A program made the translations under genes and the position numbers. Below are positions 9,300 through 19,600 of a stretch of DNA of 43,932 bases, in pieces. This DNA is from Acidimicrobiia bacterium. GTDB lineage: Bacteria; Actinomycetota; Acidimicrobiia; Spongiisociales; SHLN01. Position 1 is the stretch's first letter. Each line of letters starts with the position of its first letter. The notes under the pieces were generated by a model that was not told the DNA's origin, did no database searches, and saw only the letters and a program-made list of their open reading frames with translations. The stretch is taken from the NCBI GenBank assembly GCA_041619515.1, contig JBFKDW010000018.1, positions 1 to 43,932 on the forward strand. The letters run 5' to 3'.

Positions 9300-9865
9300 G
9301 CACGATCCATATTGCCGGCCTCTCGGGCAGCCTCCGTCGCGGCTCCTATAACACGGCCCTGCTGCGGGCCGCCCAGTCGGTGCTTCCCAACAACACCAAG
9401 CTCGAGATCGTCGACTACGCCGATGTTCCGCTCTTCAACCACGACGTCGAGGCGCTCGGGTTTCCCGAACCGGTGCAGTCGCTGCGAGCGGAGCTCGCCG
9501 GAGCGGACGCCATCCTGTTTGCGAGCCCCGAGTACAACTGGTCTATTCCCGGAGTCATGAAGAACGCGATCGATTGGGCATCCCGGGGGCCCGACTCGCC
9601 GCTCAGGTCCAAGCCGGCGGCGATCATGGGAGCAGGCGGGCGCCTCGGCACCGCCTACGCCCAGCAGCACCTGCGACAGATCCTCAATCATCTCGATCTG
9701 AGGGTCGTCAATCGACCGAACGTCCTGATCAGCCGAGCCGGTGAGCACTTCGATGAGGAGCTCAACGTCACCAACGAGCGGCACCTGAGCCAAATCCGCG
9801 CGCTTTTGGAGGCTCTGGTGGCCGAGGTGGGAGCGGTCGAGAACTCGGTCGGCCACAACGGCTAG
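9296..9865 (+). CDS. NADPH-dependent FMN reductase
   Basis: GSLRRGSYN and PEYNWSIPGVMKNAIDW motifs; GTGA start/stop overlap with the YceI gene. Confidence 0.92.
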   Translation: MSTIHIAGLSGSLRRGSYNTALLRAAQSVLPNNTKLEIVDYADVPLFNHDVEALGFPEPVQSLRAELAGADAILFASPEYNWSIPGVMKNAIDWASRGPDSPLRSKPAAIMGAGGRLGTAYAQQHLRQILNHLDLRVVNRPNVLISRAGEHFDEELNVTNERHLSQIRALLEALVAEVGAVENSVGHNG

Positions 9866-9907
9866 CAGGCCCCCGCGGCCGGCTGGGAGCCGGGTACGCT
9901 GCTTCCG

Positions 9908-11707
9908 ATGAATTCGATCCCCACGAGCTCACTGCGGCGCCTCCTGCGCTACTCCTCCCGTTATCGCCGGCGCATCCAGGCCGCGGTCAGCTTCTCGATC
10001 CTCAACAAGATCTTCGACATCCTCCCACCGCTGCTCATCGGGCTCGGCGTCGACACGGTCGTCGAACGGGAGAACAGCTTCATCGCCCGGTTCGGGCCGG
10101 AGAGCATCGTGAGCCAGCTGTGGGTTCTGGCCGCGATCACCGCAGTGGTGTGGATCATGGAGTCTCTGTTCGAGTACCTGCTCAAGGTGTACTGGCGCAA
10201 CCTCGCACAGGACATCCAGCATGAGATGCGCCTCGACGCCTATCGACATGTGCAGGAGCTGGAGCTGGCGTACTTCGAGGACCGCTCCACCGGCGGGCTC
10301 ATGGCCATCCTCAACGACGACGTCAACCAGCTCGAGCGCTTCCTCAACGACGGCGCCAACGAGGTGGTCCAGGTGGTGACCACGGTGTTGTCCATAGGAA
10401 TCGCCTTCTTCGTCATCGAGTGGCGGGTGGCCTCGCTTGCCTTCCTTCCCATTCCCATCATCGTGTGGGGCTCGTACCGGTTTCAGCGATGGATTGCCCC
10501 CCGCTATTCGGTCGTTCGGGACAAAGTTGGGCTGCTCAACGCCTTCCTGTCGAACAACCTCTCCGGCATCGCCACCATCAAGAGCTTCACCGCCGAGGCT
10601 CACGAAAGTGCGCGCATCGATCGGTCCAGCCGCGAATACGTCGAGTCCAACCGCGACGCCATCCGTATCGGCTCGGCATTCACGCCGTTCATTCGCATGG
10701 CCATCCTCACCGGGTTCATCGCCACGCTGGTGCTGGGTGGCTACCTGGCGTCGGAGAACCGCCTGTCCATCGGCGGCTACACGATCATGGTGTTCCTCAC
10801 GCAGCGGCTCCTCTGGCCGCTCACCCGACTGGGTGAGACCTTCGACCTGTATCAGCGGGCCATGGCATCCACCCATCGAATCCTCAACCTGCTCGACACT
10901 CCAGTGCGGGTGGTGAGTGGCGACGGCAAGCTGTCGATGCCGGTCGTTGCCGGGAGAGTCGAATTCAAGAACGTCGATTTCGCCTATTCGAACGATCTGC
11001 CGGTCTTGCGTGACCTTTCGTTCGAAGTGCCACCGGGCAACACGGTCGCCATCGTGGGCTCCACCGGTGCCGGCAAGTCGACCGTGATCAAGCTGCTGCT
11101 GCGCTTCTACGACGTGACCGGGGGCAGGATCGAGATCGACGGACACAACATCAGCGACCTCAGATTCTCCGACCTGCGTCGTGCCATCGGCCTGGTTTCA
11201 CAGGACGTATTCCTCTACCACGGCACTGTTCGCGAGAACATCGCATACGGGAGACCCGACGCCACCCTCGAGGAGGTCATCGAGGCGGCCACCATCGCTG
11301 AAGCTCACGAGTTCATCATGAGCTTCCCGCAGGGTTACGACACCATCGTCGGCGAACGCGGCCAGAAACTATCCGGGGGTCAGCGGCAGCGGATCTCCAT
11401 TGCCAGGGCCGTACTCAAAGATCCACCGATCCTGGTGCTCGACGAAGCGACCTCATCGGTGGACAACGAGACCGAGGCGGCCATCCAGCGATCGCTGGAG
11501 AAGATCTCGATCGATCGCACCACCATCGTCATCGCCCACCGGCTCTCGACGGTGCGGAACGCCGATCGTATCTACGTCATCGACGCCGGCCGGGTGGTCG
11601 AGGACGGACATCACGATGATCTCCTCGCGCGCAACGGCCTCTACGCCGCCCTGTGGAAGGTGCAAACCGGCACCGCCGTGCCATGGCACGTCCGGGCCGA
11701 TCTCTGA
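9908..11707 (+). CDS. ABC exporter, fused permease/ATP-binding protein
   Basis: N-terminal TM domain, Walker [23 protein letters not shown] and IAHRLST. Confidence 0.95.
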   Translation: MNSIPTSSLRRLLRYSSRYRRRIQAAVSFSILNKIFDILPPLLIGLGVDTVVERENSFIARFGPESIVSQLWVLAAITAVVWIMESLFEYLLKVYWRNLAQDIQHEMRLDAYRHVQELELAYFEDRSTGGLMAILNDDVNQLERFLNDGANEVVQVVTTVLSIGIAFFVIEWRVASLAFLPIPIIVWGSYRFQRWIAPRYSVVRDKVGLLNAFLSNNLSGIATIKSFTAEAHESARIDRSSREYVESNRDAIRIGSAFTPFIRMAILTGFIATLVLGGYLASENRLSIGGYTIMVFLTQRLLWPLTRLGETFDLYQRAMASTHRILNLLDTPVRVVSGDGKLSMPVVAGRVEFKNVDFAYSNDLPVLRDLSFEVPPGNTVAIVGSTGAGKSTVIKLLLRFYDVTGGRIEIDGHNISDLRFSDLRRAIGLVSQDVFLYHGTVRENIAYGRPDATLEEVIEAATIAEAHEFIMSFPQGYDTIVGERGQKLSGGQRQRISIARAVLKDPPILVLDEATSSVDNETEAAIQRSLEKISIDRTTIVIAHRLSTVRNADRIYVIDAGRVVEDGHHDDLLARNGLYAALWKVQTGTAVPWHVRADL

Positions 11708-11780
11708 CGAATCCTCCACCTCGAGGTGTCGACTGCCGGCGCGCCGCCGCAGGCGACGGGCGAGACGAGCACAACGGTGC

Positions 11781-12416
11781 CTACCCGGCCAGCAAGCCCA
11801 CGACCTCGTCGTCGGTGGTTTGGCTGAAGTCGGCGTAGAACTGGCCGATGGCCCAGAACGTGGCCGGGGTCTCCAGGCAGACGATCTCGTCGAACATGGG
11901 CCGCAACTCCTCGACCGTCCGGGGCGAACCGACGGGAACACCCAAGACCAGCGACTCCGCTCCCAGATGCTGCAACGCTCCGGCGGCGGCCCGAACCGTG
12001 CCACCGGTGGCGAGCCCGTCGTCCACCACGATGACCAGCCGGCCTCTCACTTCGATCGGTTCACGGTCCCCCCGGTATTTCTCGAGGCGTCGCTTCAGCT
12101 CCTCGTTCTCGGCATCGATCGTCGCCTGCAACTGCTCCTTGGTCACTCCGACCTGGCGCATGAGCGGCTTGTTGAGCAACACGACGCCACCCTCGGCGAT
12201 GGCCCCCAGCCCCAGCTCCGGCTGATCGGGCGCTCCCAGCTTGCGGACGACGAGGATGTCGAGATCGGCTCCGAGCACGGCCGCCACCTCGGCGGCAACC
12301 ACTACGCCGCCGCGGGGAAGTGCGACGATGAGCGGACGGCGCGCCCGGTACCGATCGAGAGCGGCACCGAGCTGCCGTCCCGCGTCGCGTCGGTCACGAA
12401 AGCCCATATCGCTCAT
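11781..12416 (-). CDS. Phosphoribosyltransferase-family protein
   Basis: FRDRRDAGRQL, LPRGGV and the PRPP loop VVDDGLATGGT. Confidence 0.9.
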   Translation of the reverse strand: MSDMGFRDRRDAGRQLGAALDRYRARRPLIVALPRGGVVVAAEVAAVLGADLDILVVRKLGAPDQPELGLGAIAEGGVVLLNKPLMRQVGVTKEQLQATIDAENEELKRRLEKYRGDREPIEVRGRLVIVVDDGLATGGTVRAAAGALQHLGAESLVLGVPVGSPRTVEELRPMFDEIVCLETPATFWAIGQFYADFSQTTDDEVVGLLAG

Positions 12417-12425
12417 CGAGTGGGA

Positions 12426-12611
12426 CTACTGCCCGGCGAATTCGCCGACGTCTTCGTCCTCGTCGAGCACGACATCCAGCCGTTGGTTGCAGTCGGCACA
12501 CGTATAGGCGACTGTGTCTCCCGGCTCGAACGGGTCATCGGCCGGACGGTGGCTCAGCAGGTGGGCCGTACCCCCGCACTCGACGCAGGTAATGGTCTGT
12601 TCCGGCTCCAT
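12426..12611 (-). CDS. Small zinc-ribbon-like hypothetical protein
   Basis: CVEC...CADC pairs and an acidic tail; ends 9 bp upstream of the PRTase gene on the same strand. Confidence 0.72.
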   Translation of the reverse strand: MEPEQTITCVECGGTAHLLSHRPADDPFEPGDTVAYTCADCNQRLDVVLDEDEDVGEFAGQ

Positions 12612-12738
12612 CCACCAAGCCTACGCGCTCCCATCCCCAGTTCGCCCATTCCCCACTTGGAGCGGTCGGCAACCGGTACCATCGAGATGCGACGGCGCCC
12701 GTCGCCCGTGACCACCGGGGCCGCGTAGCCTGGCATCC

Positions 12739-13275
12739 ATGGACTCGGCCACGAGAATCCTGGTGATCACCGGCCCACCGGGTGCCGGCAAGACGTCGGT
12801 GGCAGAAGCACTCGTCACCAGAGTCCAGCGGAGCGTCCTGGTAGACGGAGATGCGTTCTTCCGCTCGGTCCGGGGAGGGCAGATGCAACCCTGGGAGCCA
12901 GGAGCCGACGGCCAGAATCGCACCGTGATCCGAGCCATCGGTGCGTCGGCCGCCCAATTCGCAGCAGGCGGCTTCACTGTGGTGGTGGATGCCATCATCG
13001 GTCCGTGGTTCCTGGATTTGTTTCTCGAACGGGTCGAGCATCCGGTTGTGTACCTGATTCTGCGGCCCTCGGCTGGGGTAGCCATGGAGCGTGCCATCGC
13101 ACGAGATGGCGCCGCGCTCGTCGATCCCGAGCCGATCGCCCACATGTTCAGAGCATTCACCGACCTCGGTGAACACGAACGCTACGTCGTCGACTCGACG
13201 GCCATGAACCTCGAACAGACCACCGAAGCCGCTTGGAACCTGGCGAGCGGAGATCGGTTGCTCGTTCGTCCCTAA
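12739..13275 (+). CDS. P-loop kinase / AAA_33-like protein
   Basis: ITGPPGAGKTS Walker A, LVDGD and VVVD motifs. Confidence 0.85.
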   Translation: MDSATRILVITGPPGAGKTSVAEALVTRVQRSVLVDGDAFFRSVRGGQMQPWEPGADGQNRTVIRAIGASAAQFAAGGFTVVVDAIIGPWFLDLFLERVEHPVVYLILRPSAGVAMERAIARDGAALVDPEPIAHMFRAFTDLGEHERYVVDSTAMNLEQTTEAAWNLASGDRLLVRP

Positions 13276-13355
13276 CGGAGCGCCCACCACCGCCACCCTC
13301 AGAGCTCGCCGCGCAGGCGACCGGAACCGGAGGCCCATGGTGCGGTTTGCCGCCA

Positions 13356-16091
13356 CTACCCGGTGTTGCGCAGCCCGGCGGCGATCCCGTTCACGGTCGA
13401 GAGCAGGGCACGGCGGAGCTTGTCGTCGCTGCCGCCGGCACGGGCCTTGGCGAGCAGCTCCACCTGGACAAAACTCATCGGGTCGATGTAGACGTCGCGC
13501 ACCGCCAGCGTGCGGGCGAGTGTGGGGTTGCGGTCCAGGAGGCTCTTCTCCCCCGTCACTGTCAGCGTCTCGTCGACGGTCAACCGGTACTCGGCGCGGA
13601 TGTCGTCGAACACATGCCGGTGGGCGGGATCGACCAGCCGCCTCACATACCGGGCCGCCACGGCCAGGTCGGTCTTGGTGAGGGTCATCTCGACGTTCGA
13701 TATGAACGTACGGAAGAATGCCCAGCGCTGATACATCTCTGCGATCAGTTCTCCGTAGCCGGCCCGGCGGGCTGCCGCCAAACCGCTGCCGACTCCGTAC
13801 CACCCGGGCACTACCTGGCGCGACTGCGTCCATCCGAACACCCACGGGATGGCCCGCAGCCCCTCCAGCCCGGAGCTGCTGCCGGGTCGGCGTGCCGGCC
13901 GGGAGCCGATGTTCATGGCTCCCAGCTCCTCGACGGGCGTCGATGACAAGAAATACGGGACCAGATCCGGGTCGTCGATGAGGGCCCGATAGGTGGCGAA
14001 CGCTTGATCGGATATGGCATCCATGGCTTCGAACCAGCGGTCGAGGGTTGCGGGGTCGGCCCGGGATTGGCGGTGCAGCAGCGACGCCTCGAGCACCGCA
14101 GCCAGGCCCACCTCGAGGTTGCGGTAGGCGAGCTCGGGAAGACCGTACTTGTCGGCGACCACTTCACCCTGCTCGGTCAGCTTGACGGTGGCATCGACGG
14201 TTCCGAATGCCTGGGCCATGATCGCGTCGCCGGTGGGGCCTCCGCCCCGGCCGACCGTTCCCCCCCGGCCGTGGAAGAACCGCAGCTTGACACCGTGGCG
14301 GGCGGCCACATCCCGGATGCCGCGGGTCGCCTGGTACAGCTCCCACTGGGAGGTGGTGATTCCCCCGTGCTTGTTCGAGTCCGAATACCCGAGCATCACC
14401 TCCTGCAGGTCGCCGCGCAGCTCGACGATACGCCGGTAGGCCGGCACGCTCAGCAGCCGGTCGACGCTGTCGGCTCCTCCCCGGATCTCGCCGATGGTCT
14501 CGAACAACGGAACGAACCCGATGCGGGCCACCCCCGCGTAGATGTCGATGAGACCGGCTTCCCGGGCGGCCACAGCTGCTGCCAGCACATCGTCGGCCGC
14601 CACCGTCATCGACAGGATGAAGCTCTCGATGGTGCCGGGGCCGTAGGTGTCGAGCGCCGAGCGGACGGCATGGAAGGCCCCCATCGTGGCCGCGGCATCG
14701 TCCACCAGCTCGACCATGGCAGACGACAGCGGGCGCCGGCTCTCCAGCTCGTCGCCGAGCAGATCGGCACGGGCCGACCGGTCCATGGCGCGGTAGGCAT
14801 CCCCGGACCCATCGATCCGTTCGTACAGCGACGCGATGACCTCATGGACGCGTCCGGCGTCCTCACGGATATCCATGACGGCGAGCCGAAACCCGAAGCA
14901 GGCCACCCGGCGCATCAACCGGGTCAACGATCCCGTAGCGATGAGCTCACCCCGGGACTCGAGGAGTGAGTCGTAGATCAGCCGCAGGTCGTCGAGCAGG
15001 TCATCACCGGTGAGATAGTCCACCCCGGGCACGTGCTGAGACCCGTCTTCGAAGCGCCGGCGGGTGTTGTGGAGCCGCTGATGGACGAACGCCAGTTTGA
15101 GGCGGTAGGACTCCCGGGCGTTCAGCTCGCCGAAGCGCGCGAACACCTTGGGGAGCGCCGCCCGATCGTCTGCCAGCGAGTCCTCCAGAGCGGACGTCGA
15201 CTCGACCAGGCGCCCCGACACGCTCAGCTCGGCGGCCAATTCCTCCACAGCCTTGATGAGATTCCGCAGCCCGTGCTCGTGCTGGATGGCCAGGACTTCG
15301 GCGGTGACCGCCGGGGTCACATTCGGATTGCCGTCGCGGTCACCACCAACCCAGGTCCCGAAGCGGATGGGAAAGCGATCCGGGCGAAGACGAACTCCCA
15401 AGCGCTCGAACTGCTCATCGACGGTATCCGAGAAGGGGCCGATTGTCTCCTCGAACAACTCGTCGAAGTAGTAGACGGCCGAACGAGCCTCATCTATCGG
15501 AGTTGGGCGATCATGTCGCAGCTCGTCGGTTTGCCACATCAGGTCGATGATCTCGCTGACGCGCCGGTCGATTCGGCGCCGCTCGCCGGGGGTGGCGCGG
15601 GGGTCTCCGCGGTCGGTCAACAGCTTGGAGATGTCGGCCACCTTGGTGAGCATGGACCGGCGCGCCGCCTCGGTGGGATGGGCGGTGAATACCGGGCGCA
15701 CCTCGAGCCGGTTGATCACGTCGCTGATCAGCTCGGGCGCCACCTGGGCCTGGAGTATTCGGTCGACGCTCTGTTCCAGCGGCTCATCGATGGGCTCGGC
15801 TCCCGAGGCCGGGTCGCTCGCCCGGTGGGTCTGCTCGGCCACGTTGGCCAGGAAGAAATAGGCGCTGAAGGCTCGCACCAGGTTGATCGTGGTGTCGAGA
15901 TCGAGCTGCCCGAGCACCGCCTCCAGCTCCGAAGCGTCCGCTCCCTCTTCGGACCGGAGGCGCTTGGTGATGGCCCTGACTTCCTCCACCAGAACAAGCA
16001 GTTCGGGGCCGACCTGACGGACGAGGGTCTCACCCAGGTTGGTGCCCAGCCGGCGGATGTCGGATCGCAGGGCGGTATCGCGCTCGCTCAT
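13356..16091 (-). CDS. ppc: Phosphoenolpyruvate carboxylase
   Basis: VFTAHPTE, WVGGDRDGNP, VPLFET, QEVMLGYSDSNK, FHGRGGTVGRGG, LRAIPWVFGW and C-terminal GLRNTG. Start set at ATG 16091. Confidence 0.97.
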   Translation of the reverse strand: MSERDTALRSDIRRLGTNLGETLVRQVGPELLVLVEEVRAITKRLRSEEGADASELEAVLGQLDLDTTINLVRAFSAYFFLANVAEQTHRASDPASGAEPIDEPLEQSVDRILQAQVAPELISDVINRLEVRPVFTAHPTEAARRSMLTKVADISKLLTDRGDPRATPGERRRIDRRVSEIIDLMWQTDELRHDRPTPIDEARSAVYYFDELFEETIGPFSDTVDEQFERLGVRLRPDRFPIRFGTWVGGDRDGNPNVTPAVTAEVLAIQHEHGLRNLIKAVEELAAELSVSGRLVESTSALEDSLADDRAALPKVFARFGELNARESYRLKLAFVHQRLHNTRRRFEDGSQHVPGVDYLTGDDLLDDLRLIYDSLLESRGELIATGSLTRLMRRVACFGFRLAVMDIREDAGRVHEVIASLYERIDGSGDAYRAMDRSARADLLGDELESRRPLSSAMVELVDDAAATMGAFHAVRSALDTYGPGTIESFILSMTVAADDVLAAAVAAREAGLIDIYAGVARIGFVPLFETIGEIRGGADSVDRLLSVPAYRRIVELRGDLQEVMLGYSDSNKHGGITTSQWELYQATRGIRDVAARHGVKLRFFHGRGGTVGRGGGPTGDAIMAQAFGTVDATVKLTEQGEVVADKYGLPELAYRNLEVGLAAVLEASLLHRQSRADPATLDRWFEAMDAISDQAFATYRALIDDPDLVPYFLSSTPVEELGAMNIGSRPARRPGSSSGLEGLRAIPWVFGWTQSRQVVPGWYGVGSGLAAARRAGYGELIAEMYQRWAFFRTFISNVEMTLTKTDLAVAARYVRRLVDPAHRHVFDDIRAEYRLTVDETLTVTGEKSLLDRNPTLARTLAVRDVYIDPMSFVQVELLAKARAGGSDDKLRRALLSTVNGIAAGLRNTG

Positions 16092-16146
16092 GGCGGGCAG
16101 CGTAGCCAACGGGCGCCGCCGACCAAGCGGCCGGCACGGCGGATCG

Positions 16147-16548
16147 CTACCTGGTCCCCAGCAGCGGCGTTTCGTCGAGCTCTGCGAGGAGGGCGTCCCG
16201 GGCTCTCGCCCAGGCCCCGTGCATCGCACACACGTTCACCGCCGGGCAAGGGGTGCCCCGCAGCACACACCGGTCGTCGCGGGTCGGGCCCTCCATCATC
16301 TCGATCAGCATGAGCAGGCTGATCGAGCTCACGTCCCCGGTGATGCGGTAGCCCCCCTGGGGCCCCGGGTCGGATTCCACCCAGCCGGCCTGCACGAGCG
16401 GCCGCATGACCTGAGGGAGATAGGCAACCGTGGTGCCGAGCTGCGCGGCCAGCGTCGCCCCCTTGGTCGGCCCTGCATCCGCGTGGTCCGCCAAGTCGAG
16501 GAGGGCCCGGAGAGCCAACTCTGTCTTTTTCAGCAGCTCCAGCCTCAT
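16147..16548 (-). CDS. Rrf2-family (NsrR/IscR-like) Fe-S transcriptional regulator
   Basis: wHTH with GPQGGY and a three-Cys motif CVLRGTPCPAVNVC followed by His; AGGTG upstream of the start. Confidence 0.92.
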   Translation of the reverse strand: MRLELLKKTELALRALLDLADHADAGPTKGATLAAQLGTTVAYLPQVMRPLVQAGWVESDPGPQGGYRITGDVSSISLLMLIEMMEGPTRDDRCVLRGTPCPAVNVCAMHGAWARARDALLAELDETPLLGTR

Positions 16549-16619
16549 GGCACCTGCTTCGCAGCCGGACAGAAGCCCGAAATCTCAAGTTCCATACTCC
16601 ATGACCTCGCAACTAATGA

Positions 16620-16639
16620 AAGGGGCCATTCGGCCCTAT
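16620..16639. promoter_or_regulatory. DosR/DevR-like box
   Basis: AAGGGGCCATTCGGCCCTAT keeps the GGGxC...GxCCC dyad of the mycobacterial DosR motif and lies in the divergent rrf2/oxidoreductase intergenic region. Confidence 0.5.
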
Positions 16640-16695
16640 CGGTTCGACGCCGCCGTTGGAGACTTGCCTAGAGGCGCCGAGGGATTGGTGCAGCT

Positions 16696-19600
16696 GTGGC
16701 AGATGTCAGCAGGCGGACCTTCTTGATGTCATCGGCGTTCGCGGCCGCCGGTGCCTACGTCACCCACATCGGAACGACCCTCCCGTTCCTCCAGGCCGCG
16801 CCCGGCATCGAGAATCCCCTGCTCGAGTATCCCGGCCGGGACTGGGAGTCGATCTACCGCGATCAATACGCCTACGACGACTCGTTCACCTTCGTGTGCG
16901 CACCAAACGACACCCACCAGTGCCGGCTGCGAGCCTTCGTGCGAAACGGCGTGGTCGTACGCATCGAGCAGAACTACGACGGCGCCAATTACGGGGACAG
17001 CAGCGGCAACAGCTCGACCGCGGCCTGGAATCCGCGGGGGTGCCTCAAGGGGTACACGCTGCATCGCCGGGTGTACGGGCCCTACCGCCTCAAGCATCCA
17101 ATGGTGCGAACCGGCTGGAAGGAATGGGCCGACGACGGATTCCCGTCCCTGTCGGACGATCCCTCCCTCCGCACCCGCTACCGGTTCGACAACCGGGGAG
17201 AAGACACCTTTTTGCGCCTGTCCTGGGACGAGATCGACGATTACCTCGCCCGCGGACTCGAAGCGATAGCCGAGACATACAGCGGCGAAGCCGGCCGGAG
17301 ACGCCTGATCGAGGCCGACGGATACCCCGAGGAGATGCTGGAGCACTGGGAGGAGTCGGGCGTTCGGGTCATGAAGTTCGGGTCCTCCCTGCCCGTGCAT
17401 GGGGTGGCCGGCAAGTTCGGGCTGTTCCGGTTTGCCAACATGCTTTCGCTGCTCGACGCGCACGTCAGGGGGGTTCCGCCCGACGAGGCCAGGGGAGCCC
17501 GGGATTGGTCGGAATACACATGGCGGGGCGACCAGGCACCCGGCTTCCCGTTCGTCCATGGTTTGCAGGCGGCCGAAGTGGATTTCAACGACCTGCGCAA
17601 CAGCAAGCTGCACGTGCAGGTCGGGAAGAACCTCGTGGAAAACAAGATGCCGGAGAGCCATTTCTTCCACGAGTTGATGGAACGAGGCGGCACCATCGTC
17701 TCCATCGTGCCCGAATACGGGCCGCAAGCCTCCAAATCCGACTACTGGATCCCGGTCCGGGCCGGCTTGTCCGACACCGCCCTCTTCCTCGGTGTGGCCG
17801 GGGAGCTGATGCGTCGCAACCTCATCGACGAGCCATTCGTGAAGCAGTTCACCGACCTGCCGCTGCTCATCCGGCTCGACACCCTCCAGCGAGTCAGGGC
17901 CGACGAGGTCTTCCCCGGCTATCAGCCCGCACTGTCCTCCGACGGCCCGAGCTTCGAGTTGCATGGGCTCACCCAGGAGCAATACGAGCTGCTCGGCGAC
18001 CGTGTCATCTTCGACGACTCGTCTCAGTCGCTCCGCGCCATCACCCGGGAAGATGTCGGATCCGTCCTGACCGAGCGCGGGATCGACCCCTCACTGACGT
18101 ATCGCGCACCGATCACCCTGGTCGACGGCACCACCGTCGAGGTCGCCACCGCCTACGTCATGTACCAGGAGCACCTCGCCGACTACGACCTCGCCACGGT
18201 GGCCGACATCACCAGCGCTCCACCCGACCTGATCACCCGGTTCGTGACCGATGTCGCCACCATCAAGCCGGCCTCCTTCCACGTGGGAGAGGGTGTCAAC
18301 CACTACTTCCACGCCACGCTCCACAACCGCGCCGTCTACCTGGTCGCCATGCTGACCGGCAACATCGGCCGGCCGGGGGCGGGCGTCAGCACCTGGGCCG
18401 GCAACTACAAGGGCGGCATCTTCCATGCCGCCCCGTGGCACGGGCCCGGTGTCGGCGGGTACGTGAACGAGGACCCGTTCAACCCGCTGCTGGATCCCGC
18501 CGCCCCGTACACGTTCGCGACGAACCGCCACACCATCCATGGCGAAGAGACCAGCTATTGGGGCAACGGGGATCATCCGCTCATCGTCGACACTCCGGCC
18601 GAGGGGCGCAAGCTGTTCACCGGTCGCACTCACCTCTCCAGTCCCACCAAAGTGATGTGGTACAACAACGCCAACCTCATCAACCAGGCCAAGTGGGCCT
18701 ACGAGCTCGTCAAGAACGTCAACCCCAAGGTCGACCTGATAGTCGACCAGCAGATCGAATGGACGGGATCGGCCGAGTTCGCCGACTTTGCCCTCCCCGT
18801 CAACAGCTGGCTGGAGTTCGAGACCCTCGAGATGACGGGCTCGGCTTCCAACCCGTTCCTACAGATCTGGCGGGGCGGGATCGACCCGCTCCACGAGACC
18901 CGCGACGACATCGCCGTCTTCGCCGGCGTGGCCCGCGCCCTCACCCGCCTCACCGGGGAGGAGCGGTTCGAGCAGTACTACCGCTTCGCCCTCGAGGGCC
19001 GGCCCGAGGTCTATCTCGACCGGGTGCTGTCGGCTGCGTTCACGACTTCCGACTACACCGTGGCCGACATCATGGACGGCAAGTACGGCGAACCGGGCGG
19101 GGCATTGATGCTCTACCGCACGTACCCTCGCATCACGTTCTTCGAGCAGATCGCAGACAGTCTCCCCTTCTACACGGACACCGGGCGCATGCACAGCTAT
19201 GTGGACATCCCGGAAGCGATCGAATACGGCGAGAACCTCATCGTCCATCGCGAGGCAGTCGAGGCAACCCCCTACCTCCCAAACGTCATCGTCTCCACCA
19301 GTCCCTACATCCGGCCGAACGACTACGGGATCGGCCCCGAAGAGATCGACGCCGACCTCCGTCAAGTCCGCAACCTGAAGATGGCGTGGCGCGACGTCAA
19401 GAACACCGTCAACCCGCTCAGCGACCAGGGTTTCCGGTTCCTCTGCCTGACCCCCAAGTCCCGCCACTCGGTCCACTCCTCGTGGGCCGTCACCGACTGG
19501 CATTGGATCTGGAATTCCAGCTTCAGCGACCCCTATCGGGAGGACACCCGGCTGCCTGGGGTCGGCGATGCCATCTTCCACATGAACCCCGACGACGCCA

